Assembly (NCBI RefSeq): GCF_016127575.1
Contig: NZ_CP066019.1
Location: forward strand, 1,740,001 to 1,772,000
Source of the DNA: Cupriavidus necator
Lineage (GTDB): Bacteria; Pseudomonadota; Gammaproteobacteria; Burkholderiales; Burkholderiaceae
Length of the DNA stretch: 32,000 nucleotides
Direction: 5' to 3'
The notes under the pieces were generated by a model. It worked only from the letters and a program-made list of their open reading frames with translations, was not told the DNA's origin and searched no databases. Position 1 is the stretch's first letter, and every line of letters starts with the position of its first letter. Made by a program: the position numbers and the translations under genes. Positions 10,659 through 18,473 of the stretch are shown here, piece after piece.

Positions 10659-11681
10659 CTAATTGCCGCGCCTTCCCCGGTCTGCTGGTTTAGTGTCGCG
10701 CCACCGCGTCGGCGTCATCCCGAACTGCGCAGTGAACCAACGGAAAAACGAGCCATAAGCGGAGTACCCGAGCGACTCGGCAATGCGTCCCAGCGAGAGG
10801 CTTCCGTTGTCCATGTAGTGGATGACGAGATCGCGCCTTACGCCATTGACCATGTCGGAGAAGACCTCTCCGGCGCTTTCGAGCTGGCGTTGCAGCGTGC
10901 GCACGTTTATTCCCAGGCCTTGAGCAACTTGCTCGATGGTAGCGCGCCCTATCGGAAGCATCAGGTAGATCGCCTTGCGCACCTCGAGTACAACCGACGG
11001 CTCGTTAGCCCCCGGCAACCCTTCAAGCAAGCGTTGGGCATGGCGTGCCATGACGGGGTCGGCAATAGGGTTGGGAATCTCCAGGTCGGCAGCTCGGCAA
11101 ACCAGACCGTTGAACGAGCTTGCGAACTCCAGCTTCCCCCCGAAGATGCGGCGGTGCAGCCGCAGATCAGATGGGGCGTCATGGGTGAAATTGACGCTAA
11201 GAGGGTACCAGGAAGTGCCCAGAAGCGTGCTGCACATGCGTGACAGTGTGCCCAGTGCCAGTTCAACTGACTGTATGGACGGGCCGACATCATCCGCGAC
11301 GACGTCCTCCCGCACGATGACCTTCTTGCCGACCTCCTCGATCCGGATGACCAGGAGCTCATTCATCAGGTGCCGAAACTGAATCAACGTTCCGACAGCG
11401 TCGCGCAGGGTCCTTTGGTGCGTGAGCAAAACGCTGACGACACCGAGATCGGACAGTTGCCACAAATCGGCCATACGCAGCCCGAATGTCGGACATTGCG
11501 TGATCCGCGCTGACTCTTCCAGCAAGGTAACGGCACCACTCCCGGGAATCCAATGGTCCGGGTCCGCAAGCATCTCGCTGCTCAACCGCAATTTCCTTAA
11601 CAACGGCTGCGGTTCCAGACCCAAGTGCTGCGCAACCTTGAAATAGTTCTTTAGCACGCCAGTGCGAATCAATGTGCCCAT
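10659..11681 (-). CDS. AraC-family transcriptional regulator (N-terminal AraC-binding-like domain)
   Basis: C-terminal double HTH (IEQVAQGLGINVRTLQRQL ... LGRIAESLGYSAYGSFFRWFTAQFGMTPTRWR). Divergent from the BKACE operon. Confidence 0.85.
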   Translation of the reverse strand: MGTLIRTGVLKNYFKVAQHLGLEPQPLLRKLRLSSEMLADPDHWIPGSGAVTLLEESARITQCPTFGLRMADLWQLSDLGVVSVLLTHQRTLRDAVGTLIQFRHLMNELLVIRIEEVGKKVIVREDVVADDVGPSIQSVELALGTLSRMCSTLLGTSWYPLSVNFTHDAPSDLRLHRRIFGGKLEFASSFNGLVCRAADLEIPNPIADPVMARHAQRLLEGLPGANEPSVVLEVRKAIYLMLPIGRATIEQVAQGLGINVRTLQRQLESAGEVFSDMVNGVRRDLVIHYMDNGSLSLGRIAESLGYSAYGSFFRWFTAQFGMTPTRWRDTKPADRGRRGN

Positions 11682-11800
11682 CTTCTCTCATTCACCCGGG
11701 GAGTAACCCGGATCCGTTCGTTCAGGGGAAACCCGGGCACCCAGCATTCTGTCACGAAAGGAGACATCAATGTCATGAAATGAGAGAAAACGACCGCCCC

Positions 11801-11820
11801 GGGATTAATAGACTAATCCC
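11801..11820. promoter_or_regulatory. perfect 7-bp inverted repeat GGGATTA-N6-TAATCCC, candidate operator
   Basis: AT-rich dyad in the 237-bp divergent region between the AraC gene (start 11681) and the BKACE gene (start 11919). Confidence 0.3.
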
Positions 11821-11918
11821 GTAAATCAACGATGAACGGAACCCCCTGGCAGCGTCCGGTTCGACCTCAACAATTCGTTGCGGCGCCGATAGCTAAATCC
11901 CCTATCACGGAGAACGAA

Positions 11919-12977
11919 ATGCAATTTCTGGATGATTCGCTGCACCCGGAGAATATGGACAAGGTGGTGATCACGGTGGCCCCCTACGGTCCGGAGTGGA
12001 TGCCGGAAGATTTCCCCGAAGACATCCCGGTGACCATGGAAGCGCAAATCCAGAAGGCCGTGGATTGCTATGAGGCCGGCGCCAGCGTGCTACACCTGCA
12101 CGTGCGCGAGCCGGATGGCAAGGGTTCCAAGCGCTTGTCCATGTTCAACGAACTGATCGCCGGCGTTCGCAAGGCGGTGCCGGACATGATCATTCAGGTC
12201 GGCGGCTCGATCTCGTTTGCGCCGGAAGACGATGGCCAGGCTGCAAAGTGGCTGTCGGACGACACCCGACACGCACTGGCCGAACTCGACCCGAAACCGG
12301 ACCAGGTGACGGTAGCGCTCAACACCATCCAGATGAACATCATGGAGTTGATCTATCCGGAATTCTACGAAGGCACGTCCCTCGCCAATCCGGCTACGTA
12401 CGATGCCTATCGTGAAATGATCGTTCCGGCAGGCCCGACCTGGGCGGAAGAACACTTGCGCCGCCTGCAGAATGCCGGCATCCAGCCGCATTTTCAGTTG
12501 GTTGGCATGCATGCGCTCGAAACGCTGGACCGCATGGTGCGCAAGGGGGTCTACAAGGGCCCGCTGAACCTGACCTGCATCGGCATCGGTGGCGGCCACC
12601 ATGGTCCGCATCCGTACAACCTGTTCGACTTCATCCAGCGTGCACCGGATGGCTGCACCGTTACCGCCGAGTCGTTGTTCAAGAACGTACTCCCGTGGAA
12701 CACGATGGCGTTGGCGATGGGGATGCATGTGCGCTGCGGCATCGAGGACACTCTCATTGATCAGCATGGCAAGCGCTTCACCTCGGTGCAGCAGGTTCAG
12801 CAGCTTGTGCGAATCGCCAAGGAGTTGGGCCGCGAGATCGCCGATGGCAAGGAAGCGCGGGAGATCTACCGTATTGGCACCTGGTACGACGATGTCGACG
12901 AAACCCTGGCCGGCAATGGCATGACCCCTAACCGCAAGCCTGGTGTCAAGAACGTGCCGCTGCGCCGCGTAGCCTGA
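11919..12977 (+). CDS. BKACE-family (DUF849) beta-keto-acid cleavage enzyme, 3-keto-5-aminohexanoate-cleavage-like
   Basis: VVITVAPYG ... AVDCYEAGASVLHLHVREPDG ... QVGGS pattern of the Kce/BKACE TIM-barrel family. I prefer the ATG at 11919 with GGAGA 5 nt upstream over the ATG at 11832, which has no SD. Confidence 0.8.
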   Translation: MQFLDDSLHPENMDKVVITVAPYGPEWMPEDFPEDIPVTMEAQIQKAVDCYEAGASVLHLHVREPDGKGSKRLSMFNELIAGVRKAVPDMIIQVGGSISFAPEDDGQAAKWLSDDTRHALAELDPKPDQVTVALNTIQMNIMELIYPEFYEGTSLANPATYDAYREMIVPAGPTWAEEHLRRLQNAGIQPHFQLVGMHALETLDRMVRKGVYKGPLNLTCIGIGGGHHGPHPYNLFDFIQRAPDGCTVTAESLFKNVLPWNTMALAMGMHVRCGIEDTLIDQHGKRFTSVQQVQQLVRIAKELGREIADGKEAREIYRIGTWYDDVDETLAGNGMTPNRKPGVKNVPLRRVA

Positions 12978-13190
12978 GTCGACTACGGCGCAGACAACAA
13001 ATCGGTCCAGTTGATGTGTGCACCCCAGCGCCTGAATTGCAGCAACTGGATCGATCTGTCTTGTCTTGTTCGCTCCTGCCGGCGTCAGTCATGAGGAGCA
13101 AGTCTTAGCGCCCCTGCTCATGTCAGACGCACCGGTCATTCGCACAGCCACCGCGTACGACGCGGTAACAACACATAGGCAAAGAGCCAA

Positions 13191-14189
13191 ATGATCTCGA
13201 ACATCATCCGACTCACACGCGGTACCTGCCTTGCAACGCTGTTGTCCGCCCTGCCCCTGTCCGGCGCGCTGGCGGAAGGGGATTGGCCCAACCGCCCCAT
13301 TCGCATCCTCGTCCCAGCTCCGGCGGGAGGCGCATCCGACATGATCGCGCGCACGATTGCGGAAAGCATGCGCCAGAACCTCAAACAATCCGTGGTGGTT
13401 GAGAACAAGCCCGGCGCAGGCGGCATCATTGCCACGGAGGCAATGCTCGCCGCGCCACGCGATGGCTACACATTCGTGCTGTCTCCCAACTCGCTTGTGA
13501 CGGAGAACCCGTACAGCTACAAATTCCGCTTCGATCCGTTCAAGGATCTGGCACCGGTCGCTGAAGTGGCCAGCGTGCCGCTGGTGCTGGTCGCCGACCC
13601 GCGTCTGCCGGTCACCAATGTCAGCGAGATGGTGGCCTACGTGAAGGCACATCCGGGGAAGGTCTCCTATGCGTCCTACAGCCCGGGTACGCTTTCTCAC
13701 ATCAAAGGCATGCAGTTCAACAAGGCGGCCGGGCTGGACATGGAGCACGTCGGCTACAAAGGCTCGCCCCCCGCGCTCACCGACCTGATGGGCGGCCAGA
13801 TTCAGTTCATGTTTGACGGCATGGGCACCGCGCTTGCGCTCGTGAAACCCGGCAAGGTCCGGGCGCTGGCGGTGACATCGGCCGAGCGTTCGCCGTTCCT
13901 GCCCGCTGTGCCGACAATGGCGGAAGCGGGCTACCCAAATCTCAGCCAGATCATGGGCACCAGCGTCTGGTCCACGCCCGACGTGCCAGCTGCCATCCGC
14001 AGCAAGCTGCAGCAGGAGCTAATCAAGGCCGTCTCATCCCCTTCGGTGAAGAGCCAGCTTGCGGCACTTGGAATGAACGCAGGGAGTCCCACACAGACCT
14101 CCGCCGATCTGGAGAAAACGCTCAAGCGGGAGAACGAGCGGACAGGTCAGGCACTGCGTGCCATCAACTACAAGCCCTCCTTGAACTGA
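13191..14189 (+). CDS. Bug-family (TctC-like) tripartite tricarboxylate transporter substrate-binding protein
   Basis: Signal peptide, then WPNRPIRILVPAPAGGASDMIAR ... ENKPGAGG, the canonical Bug-family N-terminus. No tctA/tctB is adjacent, so this is an orphan Bug gene. Confidence 0.9.
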   Translation: MISNIIRLTRGTCLATLLSALPLSGALAEGDWPNRPIRILVPAPAGGASDMIARTIAESMRQNLKQSVVVENKPGAGGIIATEAMLAAPRDGYTFVLSPNSLVTENPYSYKFRFDPFKDLAPVAEVASVPLVLVADPRLPVTNVSEMVAYVKAHPGKVSYASYSPGTLSHIKGMQFNKAAGLDMEHVGYKGSPPALTDLMGGQIQFMFDGMGTALALVKPGKVRALAVTSAERSPFLPAVPTMAEAGYPNLSQIMGTSVWSTPDVPAAIRSKLQQELIKAVSSPSVKSQLAALGMNAGSPTQTSADLEKTLKRENERTGQALRAINYKPSLN

Positions 14190-14194
14190 CCGCC

Positions 14195-14605
14195 ATGCAC
14201 GACGACAAGTACACGGGTACAAGCACCCCGCCAGCCACACCCATCAGCGACAGCTTGCGCGCGAGCGGCTATTGGAATCCGGAGTGGAACAGCTTTACGG
14301 AGCTGGACCCCATCTGGACCGAGAAATTCCTCGACATGGCCATGCATCCGATGACCAAGGGGCTGATCGAGCCAAAGGTCTGGGAGTTCATCTCCATTGC
14401 CGTCGATGTATCCTGCACGCACATGTACGGTCCTGGAACGCGGCGCCATATCCGCCGCGCGCTCGAGCTGGGCGCCACCAAGGAAGAGATCGCCGCCGTC
14501 CTTCAAGGCGTTAGCGTTCTAGGCTTGCACGCGAACAGCATGGGTGCGCCGATGCTGCTCGAAGAAGTCGCGCGCTTTGACGCGCATTCTCAAAGCAAGA
14601 AGTGA
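14195..14605 (+). CDS. carboxymuconolactone decarboxylase (AhpD-like) family protein
   Basis: 136 aa. The block KVWEFISIAVDVSCTHMYGPGTRRHIRRALELGATKEEIAAVL matches the CMD-family helix pair. Starts 5 nt after the Bug gene. Confidence 0.75.
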   Translation: MHDDKYTGTSTPPATPISDSLRASGYWNPEWNSFTELDPIWTEKFLDMAMHPMTKGLIEPKVWEFISIAVDVSCTHMYGPGTRRHIRRALELGATKEEIAAVLQGVSVLGLHANSMGAPMLLEEVARFDAHSQSKK

Positions 14606-14629
14606 ATCTCTTCCATCCAAGGCACACCA

Positions 14630-14662
14630 TGCCAGTCAGCTTCATGCTCTGACTGGCATTTT
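14630..14662 (+). terminator. rho-independent terminator (10-bp perfect stem, 9-nt loop, TTTT)
   Basis: TGCCAGTCAG-cttcatgct-CTGACTGGCA followed by TTTT, 25 nt after the CMD stop. It sits between convergent genes, so the hairpin may also serve the minus-strand OMF gene. Confidence 0.65.
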
Positions 14663-14669
14663 GACCCAT

Positions 14670-16064
14670 TCAAGCGCTTTCCATGGCTTTCCTGCTCCAG
14701 TCACCCCCTAGCGCCAACAATAGCGCAATGCGCTGGTTGAGATGATCGCCCCTCAGGTGGATCAGATCCATCTCGGCAGCCAGCATTGTCTGCCGAGCCT
14801 TCAGGACGCCGCGCGGATCGGAAGCACCAATGCTAACGCGCGCCTCCTCGCGCTGTACCAATAGCTGGCTCTCGTTCACCCGATCCTGCAGTTGCCTGGT
14901 GCGATCTGCAAGATTCGATTCAGCGCGCAACCCCGCATCGACCTCGCCCAGTGCCTGCAGGGCACTGTTGCCATAGGCGATCATGGCGGCCCTCTGCTCG
15001 GCGCTGTAGTAGTCCGCCCTGGCCTTGAGCTTTCCTCCCGTGAACAACGGCGCGAAGATCGCGCCATTCAGTCCCTTGATCGGAGTGCCGGACTGGTTGA
15101 GCAACAGCACGTCGCTACGGATGCCGGTAATGGCCGCGCTGATTGAAATGCTTGGCAGCCGCGCTGCCTCGGCGGACTGCCTCAGGTCGAAGGCCGCGGC
15201 GACGCGGTGCGCCGCGGCCGTCAAGTCCGGGCGGCGATCAAGCAGGTCTGCAGGCAAGCCTGCCTGCGGGGCTATGGGAATGGCGGGCAACTCCAGCTTC
15301 CCCACACTATTCCCGATTTCCCCGGCAGGATAGCGGCCAAGCAGCAGTTCCAGGGCTTGCGCGGCCTGGCTCCTGGCGAGTTCGGCCTTCCGCAGCGAAT
15401 CCACCTGCGTGCGCAGCGCATTTTTCGCCTCCGCCGGTTCAGTATCCGGCGCCGCACCGATGGCAACCCGCCGCTCGGCGATCTGCACCAGTTGCTCCTG
15501 CACGGCAACGGCTTGCCGCTGCCGGTCTTCCAGCTTTGCGGACCGGATCAGCGTGAACCATGCTTTGGCAGTAGCGGCTGCGACGACGCGCTGCGCCCAG
15601 AGATATTCGTCCGCGGTAGCGGCATACTGGGATTTCGCGGCACACGATTGTGCGCGGATGCGGCCCCAGAGATCGATCTCCCAGCTCGCACCAATCGAAA
15701 GGAACTGGGTTTCCGAATGGCCAGCCCTGCCCTTCACGCCCGCGCTCGGCAACAGGCCGCTGCTTTGCATGGTAACGAGTGCCTGCGCCTGCTCGACGCG
15801 CACCGCTGCAAGCCTGAGATCGCCGTTGTGCGCGATCGCTTCCCGGGCCAGCCGCTGCAGCTCAGCATCGTCGAAGCTTGCAAGCCAGTCGTCCGCGGGC
15901 TCGCCTGCTGCGGCCTCGTTTGCCCAGGTGCGCTGCCCTTCAAGCGCGGGGACCGCCTGGCCTCGAAGGCTGGCGCTATCCGGCGGCGCCTGCAGAGCGC
16001 AGCCAAAGAGCATGGCGAGCGGCACCAGCAGTACCGGAAGAGTCTTGTTGAGAGATGACGACAC
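14670..16064 (-). CDS. efflux outer-membrane factor lipoprotein, NodT family
   Basis: Lipobox LAMLFGC. Two-repeat OEP/TolC-like helical sequence. GTG start at 16064, 10 nt after the HlyD stop. Confidence 0.9.
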   Translation of the reverse strand: MSSSLNKTLPVLLVPLAMLFGCALQAPPDSASLRGQAVPALEGQRTWANEAAAGEPADDWLASFDDAELQRLAREAIAHNGDLRLAAVRVEQAQALVTMQSSGLLPSAGVKGRAGHSETQFLSIGASWEIDLWGRIRAQSCAAKSQYAATADEYLWAQRVVAAATAKAWFTLIRSAKLEDRQRQAVAVQEQLVQIAERRVAIGAAPDTEPAEAKNALRTQVDSLRKAELARSQAAQALELLLGRYPAGEIGNSVGKLELPAIPIAPQAGLPADLLDRRPDLTAAAHRVAAAFDLRQSAEAARLPSISISAAITGIRSDVLLLNQSGTPIKGLNGAIFAPLFTGGKLKARADYYSAEQRAAMIAYGNSALQALGEVDAGLRAESNLADRTRQLQDRVNESQLLVQREEARVSIGASDPRGVLKARQTMLAAEMDLIHLRGDHLNQRIALLLALGGDWSRKAMESA

Positions 16065-16074
16065 AGGCTTGCCT

Positions 16075-17253
16075 TTAATGGAGCTTGAATACCAGATAGT
16101 TCAGCTTGGAACTGACGCGCAGGAAGACCATCCGAACGATATGGAACATCTTCATGTGCGCGGTGTAGATGGCACCCGCGCCGACCGCCCCGACCGGAAG
16201 CATCTGGCCCTTCGATTCGTCGCGCAGGTCCAGCTTGACGGCGAACCGGTTCGGTACGGCTTCCGTGGCAGCAGTGTTCGGAATCATTCCCCCCTGCGCG
16301 AACTGGCCTTGTGATTGCGCCCAGACGATCGAATCCACCCTTGCCTTGATGATTTCACCCGGATGCGTCGGCAGGTAGATCTCGGCGACATCCCCCGCCT
16401 TGACGTTGTATAGCTCGTTCTGCTTGTAGAAGGCGACCACCTCCTGCTCGTCCTCAACGAAGCTGAATGCCGGCGAGAACGGAAACGGGACCAGCATCGT
16501 GCCCACGCGCACCTGCAGGTTCACGACCTTGCCGTCGGCGGGCGCCCGGTACTCGGTTTGGCCAAGTTCCCATCGGGCGTTCTCGAGCATGACTTCGGTT
16601 TCCGCGCGCTTGGCGCGCGCCGTGGCGATGGCGGCGAATTCCCCCTGGCTTTTGGCAGACAGCTTCTGCCTGGCCTCGTCCTCGACGGCTTGAGCGCTGG
16701 CCAGTTCGCCTTCCAGTTCGTGCCGCCGCGCCAGGGCATCTTCCCGGTCAAACTTCGATCCGGCCCCTGCCGCAAGCAGTGCCTCATGTTCCCTGAGCCG
16801 CTGTCGGGCGAGCGACAGCTTGGCCTGTACCGTGGCAACCTTGCCGGCCGCTCCGCGCACGGACTCGCTGAGTTGGCGAGCAACGGCCTGCGCTTCGGCA
16901 AGCGCGGCGTCGTCCGCCATCAACCTGCCCTCAAGTTGCCTGACCGAGGCCTGATAGGGCGTCGGGTCGATGCGCAGCAGGACATCGCCTTTCTTGTAGT
17001 GCCGGTTACCCTCGGCCGGAAGTTCGACAATGCGCCCCCTTACCTGCGGCACCACCTGGAGCACCTTGCCGACCACCCTGACATCATGGGACGAAGGTGC
17101 CACCACGTTCAGCGTCAGGACCAGCAGCGTCAGGGCAACCACCGGAATCGTGACCACGATGACCATGGACGTCGTGTTCCATGGCAGCCATTTGAACTTG
17201 AAGAAGATCAGCCAGACGGCCAGCGCGTAGATAGCAAGCAGCAGCGCATCCAT
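16075..17253 (-). CDS. HlyD-family membrane fusion protein, YiaV-like
   Basis: Two N-terminal hydrophobic segments. Lipoyl-like motif VRGRIVELPAEGNRHYKKGDVLLRIDPTPYQ, long coiled coil, beta-barrel C-terminus. The N-terminus is collinear with E. coli YiaV as I recall it. The ATG abuts the upstream stop (TGAATG). Confidence 0.9.
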   Translation of the reverse strand: MDALLLAIYALAVWLIFFKFKWLPWNTTSMVIVVTIPVVALTLLVLTLNVVAPSSHDVRVVGKVLQVVPQVRGRIVELPAEGNRHYKKGDVLLRIDPTPYQASVRQLEGRLMADDAALAEAQAVARQLSESVRGAAGKVATVQAKLSLARQRLREHEALLAAGAGSKFDREDALARRHELEGELASAQAVEDEARQKLSAKSQGEFAAIATARAKRAETEVMLENARWELGQTEYRAPADGKVVNLQVRVGTMLVPFPFSPAFSFVEDEQEVVAFYKQNELYNVKAGDVAEIYLPTHPGEIIKARVDSIVWAQSQGQFAQGGMIPNTAATEAVPNRFAVKLDLRDESKGQMLPVGAVGAGAIYTAHMKMFHIVRMVFLRVSSKLNYLVFKLH

Positions 17254-17709
17254 TCAGCTCTGCTCCCCTGCGCCGGACGTAGCGCCGCGTGCCGGCGCCC
17301 GCAGGGACGCGACGTTCCCGGGCCGGCCGATGGGGGCATGTGCCGCGCCTCGCGCCGCTTCGTCTTCCGGTAGTTTGTCGGTGCCATAGGCCGCCCGGTA
17401 GAACACCGGCTTGGTGTGTGCCCAGAGCCAGGCCATCGGCCACAGCAGTCCGCCGAAGAAGAGCGAAAGCAGGCATAGCGCATGGATGGCTTCCCTTTGC
17501 GGATGCTGCTTCCGGTGGGCGACCTTATCCGGCCAGATATGCAGCATCCAGAACAGGTAGATGGCTGCGAGCGGCACGAATATCATCACCACCCAGGAGA
17601 TGGCATTGGCGGCGCTCTCGAGGGCCTTTCCGCTGAGGAAGGAGGCGAACGCTGGTTCATGCATTGCCAGCAGGCCAAGGCCCGCCAGCAGATATTGACG
17701 CAGTTTCAT
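17254..17709 (-). CDS. DUF3302 (YiaW-like) inner-membrane protein
   Basis: The block IYLFWMLHIWPDKVAHRKQHPQREAIHALCLLSLFFGGLLWPMAWLWA parallels E. coli YiaW (ILHDIPYLIAKKRNHPHADAIHVAGWVSLF..WPFLWIWA). I prefer the internal ATG at 17709 over the GTG at 17733. Confidence 0.8.
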   Translation of the reverse strand: MKLRQYLLAGLGLLAMHEPAFASFLSGKALESAANAISWVVMIFVPLAAIYLFWMLHIWPDKVAHRKQHPQREAIHALCLLSLFFGGLLWPMAWLWAHTKPVFYRAAYGTDKLPEDEAARGAAHAPIGRPGNVASLRAPARGATSGAGEQS

Positions 17710-17778
17710 CGGGGAAATAGAGAGATAGGGCACCAGGGCCCGGTGTTTGACTTGCCAGGTACTCGGTCGCGTTGAGAA

Positions 17779-18204
17779 CTACAGTGTGCTGGCCGGCGCA
17801 GTACCCGCTGATTCGCTGCGGCTGTTCCTGGCGGCGCTATCCGGCATGCGCCCCGCTTGCCGGCCGGATTGTGCATCCGTCGGGCAGTTCCGGCACGGGC
17901 TGGCTGAAACCGGCCCGGTTGACCTTTCGCTGTTGCCGGCCGGCACATCGTCCGCGTACAGGAGGTTGTACTTGCTCTGGCCGGCATTGCTGGCCGCACG
18001 GCAGGCCGCGGATTGCAGGCCGGCGCCGGTACCGGAGCAGGCTTCCGGCTGCGCCGCGGTGTCTCGCTGCTCGTGAGCGGGCAGGTTCTGCGCGTACGAT
18101 TGCGCGGCGCCGGCAATCAGCAGGGCCATGACAAGGTTTGGCACCCCACGACCGCGCGCGCCGGCGCCCGCTATCGAGACAGCCGAAAGGCAGTGCTTGA
18201 TCAT
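17779..18204 (-). CDS. hypothetical small secreted, low-complexity, Cys-containing protein
   Basis: GC3 is about 80% in this frame and codon position 2 is GC-poor. Signal-like segment RGRGVPNLVMALLIAGAAQSYA/QN. The mature part is Ala/Ser/Gly/Gln-rich with 4 Cys, including CRNC. No family recognised. Confidence 0.4.
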   Translation of the reverse strand: MIKHCLSAVSIAGAGARGRGVPNLVMALLIAGAAQSYAQNLPAHEQRDTAAQPEACSGTGAGLQSAACRAASNAGQSKYNLLYADDVPAGNSERSTGPVSASPCRNCPTDAQSGRQAGRMPDSAARNSRSESAGTAPASTL

Positions 18205-18307
18205 TCCTGTAGTTTCCTTCGAAGTGGATCAGATACCGTCGACGCAAACCGGCGCGGCCGGTCGCTTCTCCGTGGATGTGCACACCTTATGCCGGTGGCG
18301 CGGGCGG

Positions 18308-18392
18308 GGCTATCAAAGAAATTCGAAAGTGAGGTTGCGTCGAATCGATGCGCGCCAAGGGCCGCCCGGTATTTCGAATTCCTTTGATAGCC
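18308..18392. repeat. 85-bp element: 21-bp AT-rich inverted arms (20/21 complementary) around a 43-bp GC-rich core
   Basis: Left arm GGCTATCAAAGAAATTCGAAA (18308..18328), right arm TTTCGAATTCCTTTGATAGCC (18372..18392). The core contains a nested dyad GCGTCGAATCGATGC. Confidence 0.6.
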
Positions 18393-18473
18393 ACCATGGC
18401 GAGGCAGGCTTACTCTGTCCGCCGTCGTATGCCCTCCCAGGTGAAGATCAGGTTCACCTGAACTGACTATCCA

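Noticed and set aside
11832-11918. Upstream ATG at 11832 for the BKACE gene
   Set aside because: It has no SD, and the added 29 residues (MNGTPWQRPVRPQQFVAAPIAKSPITENE) look non-coding. The ATG at 11919 has GGAGA at the right distance.
12090-13748. Minus-strand ORFs 12090..12767 and 13089..13748
   Set aside because: They are antisense to the BKACE and Bug genes. These are shadow frames.
15207-17373. Plus-strand ORFs 15207..16058, 15409..16314 and 16558..17373
   Set aside because: They are antisense to the NodT and HlyD genes and have Arg/Pro/Ala-rich translations without motifs.
18308-18392. Interpreting the 85-bp inverted-repeat element as a MITE or as a terminator
   Set aside because: I see no target-site duplication flanking the arms and cannot count copies within one window, so MITE status is unproven. 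There is no T-tract after the stem and it lies between divergent gene starts, so it is not a terminator. I kept it as an unexplained repeat.
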